Shown: positions 44,348 to 55,296 of the stretch, piece by piece
Layout: every line of letters begins with the position of its first letter
How positions within the stretch are numbered: the first letter of the stretch is position 1
Assembly (NCBI RefSeq): GCF_041956535.1
Contig: NW_027192192.1
Location: 307,051-371,050 of the forward strand
Reading direction: 5' to 3'
Length of the DNA: 64,000 nt
Source: Calcarisporiella thermophila CBS 279.70
Taxonomy: Eukaryota > Fungi > Calcarisporiellomycota
Program-made: the position numbers and the translations under genes
Notes under the pieces: generated by a model
The model's database searches: none
The model's input: only the letters and a program-made list of their open reading frames with translations
Told to the model about the DNA's origin: nothing

Positions 44348-44909
44348 GTTGGATATGGAGTTAATATGTGGCAAAACATAGTTTCATGGAAACAAGCCAC
44401 CATTAGTACTAAAATAATGTTCAGCAATAGTCATCCAGAGCCAAAAATGTGTCATTTTGGAGTATTACTTGATCTCTTTCAGTTCATTCATCTTTTAGCC
44501 TTAGCTCTAGTTTTCTCGCAAGCTGTCATAATAGGTTTTATAATCGCAAGCTTGATGGTTTTAAATTTGGGATATTTACAATTGAGTATATCCTGATGAT
44601 CAAAGCACGTATTTAACAACTGTCTTAACACATTAGTCGAGATCAACACAATATTCTTTTCGTACTTATCGTTTTAATAATCAAGTCAAAGTAAGTTTCA
44701 ATATCAAAATAATATGTAAGTTTCTCATACATGTTATTTTGATATTTTGGCATCTGAAGACAGGAGGATGTGGCCTTGTATATTCCAACTTGTGTATAAT
44801 GAATATTTAATTGTACCTAAAGCATTTTATATTATGCTGAGCATTCAATAATGGTCTACATTTTGTTAATTAATAAAAAAAAAATCAAATAAACCAGGAA
44901 AATGGTCGA

Positions 44910-45386
44910 CTATTTCACATAGAGCTTCTCACAATTCCATACACTATAGAAAATTAATTAGATAATAAGTTAAATGGATTCTTGTGAATGAGAATATACT
45001 AGCAAATATTGTTTCCATACCTATTGGTTGCGAAACCTTCAGGTGCCTCGAGATTACTCTGCAATCAAATTAAATCAATTAATTTAATAATATAATATAT
45101 AAATGACTAGAGTGAATTACCGATTGTCCACGAAGAGAACCAGTCAGTCGACGATCACGTTCCATCATTTGGCGATCCCATCTATCCAAATTGTACCGGG
45201 GAAACTTTAAAATAGCGCAATAGGGTTAATTTTAAAGAGATCATCGCTTTTGGCCGAAAATGTGTAAATCGAACTGACCTTGCCATCATTGTCGGATTTC
45301 TTCACTGCAGTAAGCAATGTACCAGTAACCCCGAACATAGCAGTAATAATGCCAAGGGGAATGAGAGCTTCAAATGGAACCGGCAT
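44910..45386 (-). CDS. NDUFA1: Complex I accessory subunit NDUFA1 (MWFE/NIMM), 3 introns
   Basis: MPVPFEALIPLGIITAMFGVTG...GK|FPRYNLDRWDRQMMERDRRLTGSLRGQS|SNLEAPEGFATN|SVWNCEK. Confidence 0.9.
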
Positions 45387-45593
45387 TATGTCAAGGTTGT
45401 CAATAAGAGGGATCTAAAATTTGATTCTATTTAGTGCAAGTACAAGGGAATAAAATATGATTACGTTGCGTGACTGCTTATGTTTAAATACAATTTATTC
45501 AATAAGCTACATATCCATGAGATTCAAATATATAATAATATAACTTTCAAGCGCGAAGTAATCAACTACAATATGTTACAGCCTTGAAAAAAT

Positions 45594-48025
45594 TCAAGGA
45601 GATCCATCCAGATATACACCTTTGGATCCAACAACTGCTCGTCGCTTTAGCATTTCCTCTGCCTCTCCACTTCCTATTGAATCGCGACTTGATTCATCCA
45701 TTCCTAGCCCTTCGTCCTCGTCATCATTGCGCAAGGCAAGTTCCGCCTGGACATCTTGACCACGGGCAAAATAAAGAGGGCTTTTCTTCCCTTGAACTAC
45801 ATCTCGGGTAATAACCACCCGGCGAACTGAGGATGCAGGCGACTCATACATGGCGGGTAATAGTAAATTTTCCTATTATGACAATTCTACGTTATTCTAA
45901 TAATTAACAAAACGAATTAAACCGGGATTGTATTTTACCATTATTCTCCTTAAACCACGAGCGCCTGTCTGCTTCTGAACAGCAATGTTTGCAATTGCAC
46001 GGATAGCGCTGTTCGAGAATTTCAAATCCACCTACAGAATAAATAAATGTTAACATATTGTACCATTCCCTCTGATAAATTGCTATACCTGATTCATATT
46101 GAACAAATCTTGATACTGCTTCACTAGAGAGTTTCTTGGTTCGGTCAACACTCTTACTAAGTCGCCTTCTTTAAGTTGTGCCACAGAGGATACCACCGGA
46201 AGACGTCCGACGAATTCTGGAATCATTCCGAATTTGATCAAATCTAGATAAAGCAAAAGGGTTTTAAAAAGAGAAACGTCTAAACCTAAATACTCTTGCC
46301 TATATTACCAATAGGCTCCACTAATTCAAGCGGATTGTTATAGACTTTATAGGTAGATTGAGAAGGGTCGCTAGACTCAGACCACCCCAAGTTTACCTCA
46401 AATCCAATAGACTATAATAAATAAAATAATTGTAGGCTACTTCTAGCGATAAGCTCTTTTGTAAAAGGCTTACCCCTTTAGCAACTCGATCCATCACAAT
46501 CTTGTCCAAACCAATAAACGCACCACTCAAAATGAAGAGAATATTGCTTGTGTCGACTGTGTATACTCCAGCACCCGGTGCAGCACCAGCTATTCCACCC
46601 CCGCCTCCTGCTTTACGTCCCCCACCGCAATTGAGCTGCACTACAGTTCCTTCTAACAGCCGTAAAAGTGCCTGCTGAACCCCCTCACCAGACACATCAC
46701 GGGACGCAGAAAAGGACTCGCGGCGTGCTATTTTATCAATCTCGTCAATAAATACAATGCCAGTCTGAGCTTTTGCCACATTATAATCGCAGCTCTATTA
46801 TTTTAATAGTTAATAATAATCAAGGGACTAAAAGTTAAAATCATAATCACTTGAAGTAAACGCTGAATAACCATTTCTACGTCCTCTCCAACATAACCAG
46901 CTTGTGTAAAAGGCGTGGCATCTGACATCGAGAATGGAACTTGTAATATCCTAGCTAGAGTGCGAGCAAGTAATGTTTTGCCTAGAGTTGATAGAGAATG
47001 TTAAATTACAATCCTAATGGCATTAGGCAAAACGCATATAAAAATCCCACTAACCAGAGCCAGTCGGCCCTAGCAACAGCACATTGCTTTTTTCTAAAGA
47101 AACAGTCAGAGGAGCTGAGCCATTATTTCCACCTCTTGATGTTGTCTCGAATAATTCAGGACTGCTCATCCACGTATTCAATCTGGCTACATGGTCTTCC
47201 TCTAATGATAATGGGCGACGACTCATGTGCTCTTGGCCGTCAAACGATTGCAATTTTCCAGGCATATCAGAGGACGATATTTCTCCCTGCTGTTGTGATT
47301 GTTGCTGCTGCTGTTGCTGCTGTTGCTGCTGTTGCTGGTGCTGTCGCATTCGTTCGCGCATTTCCTCTCTTAAAGATTCTTTCTGCTCATTAAATTGATG
47401 CTGAAGATTGACGCGCACACGGTTATAATGATTGCATACAGCAACTGCCAGCACTCGCTTGGCATAATCTTGACCGATGATATATTCATCTAGATGTTTG
47501 ACGATCTTATATTATATGGAATTTAAGAAATAGTGCAATATCAATATTAATTAGTTTACGATTACCTTTCTAGGATTCATGAAAGGGGGGCTCCATTTGC
47601 TTTCTTCCGGAGAATGCTGAGCAGAATTCTGGGAGGCACTTACACTATATCGCCTCAATTCATGCGGTTGATTATGTATGAATCGCCGTTTTCTGAAGTA
47701 TTCCTTTGATGAAATCGAAGAATGGAGTCGCGTTGGTAGATTACATCCGTATATATCACGTAGTCTGAAGCTCCGTTGACCCTTAGATTCGGTTAAAGTA
47801 ACTAAATAATGTGTAAGCAAAATGTTAACATTAAGATTAAAAGGATAAATTGATATCCGAGGTAAAAAAAATAAAAATACCTTGCAGGTTAGGCTTATAT
47901 TCACTAGGAAGTATACGGTGAGTGGTTAAAAGGTGGATTTTATTGGTTTGCGTGCTAAAGATTCGAGTACGTCTCGAGGAATATGTGACCCCGCCTCTTG
48001 GAGCCTTGCAAACGAACATATTCAT
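45594..48025 (-). CDS. MCX1: Mitochondrial ClpX-type AAA+ ATPase (Mcx1/CLPX); start approximate
   Basis: [91 protein letters not shown]. Confidence 0.92.
47287..47343 (-). repeat. CAG/CAA microsatellite encoding polyQ in ClpX
   Basis: Plus strand tgctgttgtgattgttgctgctgctgttgctgctgttgctgctgttgctgg. Confidence 0.85.
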
Positions 48026-48379
48026 TTTACAAAAAAAAATAAAGGGACAAAAAGGATAACTAAAAAAAATAGGAGCCAGCAGGTTAATTTTGGAAAGAAA
48101 AAAATATTTAATTATAATCGTAGATTAATACTTATTAACGTGGTGAAAATCCAAGACTTAGATGATAAAGCGGCGAAGGGTCCTTAACCTCCTTCCTGGG
48201 AAACATCTCGTGATAAGTGACTGCTAATTGATTTTTTAATAAAATCGATATGAAGAATACCGTAAACATATCATTGTCTCCTAGATTTCACAAAAAGTTG
48301 TACATTTTTACTTACACCATTTATTCGACATCACATCTCCATTTCATATCCAGCTACTCCTCATAACCTCTAAGATATC

Positions 48380-49191
48380 ATGGCTAGACCTCGCAGAAGA
48401 AGAACAATTAAGAATCCTAACTCCAAAGTTACTCGTAAAACTGCGAATAAGCATTTCAAAAAAGTTGATATAAAGGTAAATGCTTTTTAAAATCAGACGC
48501 TGTCTTTAGGCTAAATTATTCAAATATTTTAAATAATTGCAACAGTCCAATGATATCATCCGAAAAAACTGGGATAAAACACAAACATTACGACAAAAGT
48601 AAAATTATTGCAATCAATTTATTATTGATCTTGATTGATAATATTGTTTTCTCGATAATTAGCTATGAACGGTTAGGGCTAATGTCTAGACTCAATGGCC
48701 TGAGCGGTGGCCGAGAAATAAATGAGCCACCAAAAGCTGAAGAGTTAACAGAAGAAGATATTAAGAAGTTGGCGAAAACCCTCGGGCCCGAGCATGGAAT
48801 TATTCAAAGAGACGAGGAAGGGAATATAGTAAATGTCATTATAGGTGAAGCTCAGGATCCGGATGCAATATTCGATGCTGAACCTGAAAAAGTAGAGGCA
48901 AAAACTGATGTGGTTAGAGGTGGGCTAGTCAATTGACTACTGTCTATTTAATATTTTGAACACAGATTAATTCAAATTTTTGGAAAAATAGCATTAGAAG
49001 AGAGAGCATCAAATGCAGTTAAGACGGAAAGACACCAGTCTGAAGGAGAACAGAAATGGGTCCAATCTCTCATCGACAAGTACGGCGACGATTACGAAGC
49101 CATGTTCCGCGACATCAAAATGAACAAATATCAGCAAACAGCTTCACAGCTCCGAAAGCGATGTGAAAAATATCTAGCAAGTTTAAATTGA
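48380..49191 (+). CDS. NOP16: Ribosome biogenesis protein NOP16
   Basis: MARPRRRR..IIRKNWDKTQTLRQNYERLGL..SEGEQKWVQSLIDKYGDDYEAMFRDIKMNKYQQT. Confidence 0.9.
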
Positions 49192-50058
49192 TGTTTTTTG
49201 TTTTTAAATAAATCTGCCAGTATGTATTTCACATTGAAGAGCTGCAAATTTATTTTATATGTAAAGTTTAAGATGAATTATATGGATATATACTCCTATT
49301 TACCAACTCGGACTGAGAGGTCATTTGCTAAAAGCTGCCAACTTTATGTGAGATCAATATTGAAAAAAAGAGTGTTTATGCTTTATCTGTTATTTGCTGA
49401 TGTACTGTTGTAGCATTAGTGGAGAAGTTAGATTTTTGCTTTTCGGTCGTTAAAAATTAATGCCCTACTATTATAACTGGTAAAAAAATCAGTAACTTCA
49501 AGTTTATAATTTCGATGAGAAGTCTGATCGCACCTTCACTCTCTTTTTATATTTTATTTTGTAATCCTTACATTAGATTTCTCCAAATTTTAATATAATA
49601 AAAATTTTTCACATATAAGAGGTATATGGGTGCTGAGTAATTGTCTGTAGCCTAAGTTTTCCGCATCCAGACTTTTTTTTGAGGAATTAGAATTTAGTAT
49701 AATACAAAGGAAAACAAGCTCCTCTATAGTATATTGTCTCCAATACCAAAAAAAAAACATTCTTCATAACCGCTATTTATTATCTTATTTACTGTGAAAC
49801 AGACAACACTTGGCACGTTCTTCAAGCCAGAAGAGCAAAAAGAAGCAGAGCTCTGGCTACTTTTATTCGCTTTTTTTTTTTTGAGAGGCTCTATTGATGC
49901 GTTAATTTTTCTTCGCTATATTTCTTGTATTTTTAGGGTGGCAACGTGCCTATTGTTCTAGTATATGACTAAGCAAACAGGATCGGAAAATCAATCATCA
50001 GTTGTAAAACAACTCAGGATGAGGCTGTAGATGGAGAAAGCAACTGCTTCTGAATGGA

Positions 50059-50220
50059 ACCGCAAGGTTGCACAAATGAATGACGACCTTATCGGTTGCT
50101 CACTGAGTACCTTACTGGCCAAAGATGACAAAAGGCGACCTTATCGGTTACACTCTGCAAATAACTCCCCGCTGCTTTTTCAATTGAAACCTTATCGGCC
50201 ATCAGTTGTTTTGGTATAAA
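50059..50220 (+). promoter_or_regulatory. Array of ZRE-like motifs plus TATA box upstream of the ZIP transporter
   Basis: ACCGCAAGGT 50059, ACCTTATCGGT 50086, ACCTTACTGGC 50109, ACCTTATCGGT 50138, ACCTTATCGGC 50189; TATAAA 50215; resembles the yeast Zap1 ZRE ACCTTNAAGGT. Confidence 0.65.
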
Positions 50221-50299
50221 ATCCCCCCCATAGATTTATTATTTTTTTATTTTTTTTTTCTATCCTTTCGTGCTCTTCTATCTTCTATATATTTGCGAT

Positions 50300-51941
50300 A
50301 TGAATCTTTTTGCCTATATTATCTTCTTTTTTCATATTTTTTTGACTTCGACAGCGCTACCATCTACTGGTAAAGATGCTGGGCACCAAATACAAAAAGG
50401 AGGGCTTGAGCAGGATAATAGAAACTCTCATATTTTATCCACTCCAAAATCGCAAGCTCAATTTATACTGCCATCTTCTGCAGCAGTGCCCTCGCGTTCT
50501 TCTAATGGCTCACCGTTCTTCGATACAAGGGCCGATTCCAAACCGACTTACGATGTGCTCTTAGTCGCTAAGCGTGATGAACACGTTCACGAAGATGGCC
50601 ACGACCACGACCACGACCACGACCACAATCACGATCACGATCACAACCATGAGCAACAGAATGATTCAGATAGCCATAATCACATCGGTCATACACATGG
50701 TCCTTCTGCTGAATGTATGTAGACGGACAGCTCTCTTATCGCCACCTATGGCATACAATTACTCATTAATTTCTTCCTTTATAGTAACTCAAGCTGAAGT
50801 TGACCAAATTTGCCGGCCTACCGCTATTGATGATTATAATCTGGAACTGCATATTGCAGGATTTTTTATAATACTTGTTACTAGCGGTATGGGCGTTTTC
50901 TTCCCCATATTGATAAAGAGATTCGTTGGAGCGGCACCCAAATTTGTTAAAAACACCTTATTGATCGGAAAGTTTTTCGGTGTTGGGGTCATTATCTCTA
51001 CAGCGTAAGTCAGTCGCTTTTCTCTCATTAAATTCCAATCAATAACCGCGGCTTTTTGAATAGCTTTGTGCACATGCTACTAGAGGCTTTCGGCAGATTC
51101 TCGTCACCTTGTCTTCCTCCGGCTTTTAAAGGGTTTGAGGCATGGGCACCGGTCTTTTGTATGATCGGCACAATGCTCGTACAGCTGATTGAGTACATTG
51201 CTATCGAACGCACAGATCATTTATCAAAAGACCTTCAGCTTCCAAAAGACAAGAACTTTGTAGAGTCAGATCATACCTTAAGCGGCCAGCTCGAGACTGA
51301 AGTTGCTCAGGATCAAGGCGAAGCCAACGGCTTGCATCACAATCATACGCACCATCACCATGGCGCCGGCCTTCTTGAGAGCAGTGATTCTTCACTTCAT
51401 ATTGGTACCCTCTTACTGGAAATGGGCATCCTCATCCACAGCATCATTATCGGTGTGACGCTTGGGATAACTTCGGGAAAAGAGCATATCAGTTTACTTA
51501 TAGCTATTACATTCCACCAGGTAAGTGTATGGTCACTGAATTCTGTATAGAGCATCTATCTTAGTTTTATTGTATAATACATAGTTTTTTGAAGGAATTG
51601 CGCTTGGTACACGGATTGCGGAGCTTGATTTCAATTCAATGAAAAAGCCGACCATAATGGCTTCGCTATTCGCGCTTATTACCCCACTTGGGATCGGAAT
51701 AGGGATGGGTGTGCGACAGTCGTATTCAGGTCACTTTGGAGCCGGTCTTGTTGTTCAGGCCATCTTGGACTCATTTGCCGCAGGGATTCTTATCTATGCT
51801 GCCCTTGTGGAAATATTCTCTATGGAGATCAATCATAATAAGAGCTTCAGAAAACAGAGTATTCCCCTTAAAGTGTTCTGTTTTATCTCAATGTACCTAG
51901 GAATCATTGCTATGACTTTGGTTGCGCGCTTTGGTGCCTAG
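50300..51941 (+). CDS. ZIP-family (Zrt/Irt) zinc uptake transporter with signal peptide and His/Asp-rich ectodomain
   Basis: YNLELHIAGFFIIL, GKFFGVGVIISTA|FVHML, LEMGILIHSIIIG, AITFHQ|FFEGIALG, ITPLGIGIG, AAGILIY. Confidence 0.93.
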
Positions 51942-52205
51942 TTTATTTATTTATTTATATTATGCCTTGCTGAATATCTCATTGGTCTTATTTTGTAGCA
52001 AAATTATTTAAAAGCGGTTTATGCTTGTATAAAATATAATTCATATCGGTTTTAAAGATATATAGATTGAGATTTATCTTGCGCTATAACAAATTTACAA
52101 GTTTATGTCAGCTCACTTTTTGAACCTGGAAAAATAAGAGAAAAACAAGAGAAAAAAAAATACACGTTGTAGTCTACTTATTGAAAGTAGCTCTAATAAA
52201 TAAAA

Positions 52206-53528
52206 TCATTTAGAAGCACAAAGAACCGGGGCACAATGCTGAGTAAAGTACTCCTCTATCTGTACTGTACTATGATGAATTCCAAAGTCATCACAAAGCA
52301 AATGCTGAGCTTCAGTCAAAATGCGCGAAAAATCCGGACGAGAGTCGCTAGGTGCTGTTGCGGGTTCGACTTGTAGATGGACGGCGAGAGAAGTTTTACC
52401 CGCTGTGAGCGTCCAAATGTGCAAGTCATGCACAACACGAACCCCCTGGATTTTCTCGAGAGCCTCTTTGACCTCTTGAGGATTGATATGGGATGGGGTG
52501 CCTTCCATCAAGATTGAGACTGAATCCACCACCAAGCGATAGGTGGTGAAGAGCACCAAAATAGAGAATATGAAAGTACATATCGGATCCACGATAGTTT
52601 TCGTAGGGTCAATCATAATAATAATGGAGGAGATGAGAACGCCAATCGAGGAGATCAAATCGCCAATCACATGCAGCGCCTAGAATTAGAAAATTAATAA
52701 TCTAATTCGAAAAAATAACGAAAATATCCTGCATATTATACTCACTGCAGCTTTAACATTGATATTGGCCTCGACTTTTGGTTTTTGGCTAGCCAACCTG
52801 CCTCTTTCAGCCTCACTCACACATTGCTGCTGACCATCATTTTCCACCTGGTGATTATTAGAATCAGCAATGGGATCATGGTCATGATCATGATCGTGCG
52901 AGTGGCCGTGTGAATGGCCATGTCCCAGAGAGAACATGAGAATAAGATTGACCACAACACCAAGTGATGAAACTATGAGCATAGTCTTCCCATCTATGGG
53001 CTGGGGATTGCGAATGCGCTCGATTGCCTCACTCACTAAATAAGCTGTCAAAATCCAAATTGTGAAAACGCTGACTAGAGCGGCAATAACTTCAGCACGA
53101 TGAAAACCGAATGAATGTCGTTTGGTCGCTGGCATTTCAGCCAGGAGAATTGCCGCAAGGGCAACTGCGAAACTAGCGATATCTAGCAATGTAGGAGTTA
53201 AGCCGAGTATTCAATCAGAGAAGTGATAAGAGATGGATCTACCAGAAAGGAGATGAAAGGCATCGGACATGAGCGCAAGTGAATTAGCAATGAAACCACC
53301 AGCTAATTCGGCAGCAAAGAACAAAAGACAGAGTGTGGTAGCAATGATGAGTCGCCGCTTGGTTGCCTGACCATTTTCAGTGCTCTGTATGCCTGGGCAA
53401 TGCGGACTAACAGAAATATTGTTCTCTAGAATCCCACCAGGCGCAGCAGAAAAGTAGGTAAGGGAAGGGGATGAGGGATCGAGCAGAGGCTGTCGCTCAC
53501 TCGTGCCGTTGTTCGAGTTTTTGGTCAT
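52206..53528 (-). CDS. CDF-family zinc efflux/sequestration transporter (ZnT2/Zrc1-like), 2 introns
   Basis: SLALMSDAFHLLSD, FGFHRAEVIAAL, His-rich loop GHGHSHGHSHDH, NINVKAA|ALHVIGD, ILMEGTP, HDLHIWTL, HSTVQIE. Confidence 0.94.
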
Positions 53529-54041
53529 TGTAGAATCTCGGTGTATTGGAATCAGCAGAGGTGAAAAAGTATCCGACCGAAATTATCAGCAGATTTTTAC
53601 GTCACCCGAGTTTAAGAAATATATAGAGTTAAAGGAACGGTAAAAATTACTCTGTTCGTAAAATTTCAACTTTGAGGCGCCCTTCATAAAGTGTTCGCTA
53701 ATAGCATGAGAAAATTAATAGAATTAGAAGGGCACGCGATTGAGATTATTACGTATTTGGGGATTGATCTCATGCGATTATATCAGAACACAGCTGTTAA
53801 ACTCTGCTGTAGTCATAGTTTGAAATTGTGAAAAAAACATTATGTAGAGGCGCAAACAATTAAAATCGATGATAGCAGAACTAGTTGTCATTTTTAATAA
53901 GTATTACTATGAACAAGTAATTATATCTAAAGGTAGCTGAGTGGAGTTTTGTCCCAAAATATTATTTTATTTTCAGAAATATAGGCATGAAACTGCGACA
54001 TAAAATGAACAAAAGATATTTTAGCTGGTGGCCGAAAATAT

Positions 54042-54439
<398 letters not shown>

Positions 54440-55296
54440 TGTCGAATTTGATTATGGGTTGTATTAAGATGATGGCTAAAATATTGAGGTAAATCAGGAT
54501 CTAAATGTTTTTCAGGAAAAGTGAAGAAAAAATTTTAGCTCTTGCGCGCGTTTTGAAGTTTCTCCCTTATCTTTTCAGGTATTGGCCAACCAATAAAAAC
54601 CTGTTTAAACGGAATTGAAAAAAAAACAAGATATAATGGAAATGCTGATAACTAAACAAGCTTACGGGCAATTTAGTGTTCGTTTAATATTACTTGTCGC
54701 TCCCATCTTCCTTTTCTAATGGATGTTCGTTCTCCTTCGTTTTCATATTTTCCAGTTTCACAACTCCAACTCTGAACGAAATGGAATTTTCCTATAGTTC
54801 TTCCTCGCTTACAGTCTCGGAGGCATGTCACCAGGCTGCGGGATCGGTTTCTGCAGGCGAAGAGAAAATGCTGGGCATTTCTCAGGGCCTAGCTACTATC
54901 ATCGGCATACCGGTGAAAGCCAATTCATACCATAAGGGCTACAAAAATAGATGTCACCATCCACAAAATAACTTTATATATAGGCGGTCCGACTAGTACC
55001 GAGACGGTACCGATGCGATAACCTACTTTAATAACATCAATTGTATGTAGAACTATCTGCATTCCAGGAGAGAAAATAAAATTTGACGTAGATACTCTTG
55101 GAAATCCCCAGCACTAGCCCTATTTTTAGGATCCTATTAGGTATGATTCGGATTTTCTCATGGTCTTCAAAGTGGGAATTGTGACCGCTTGTGACTGTTT
55201 CGCGCAGCAAATGGTATTGTTTACACAATTCAAAGGAGCTGAGGACTAGATTCCGTTACAGAACTTAGACATTCGGTGCACCAATCTCTTAAAAAA

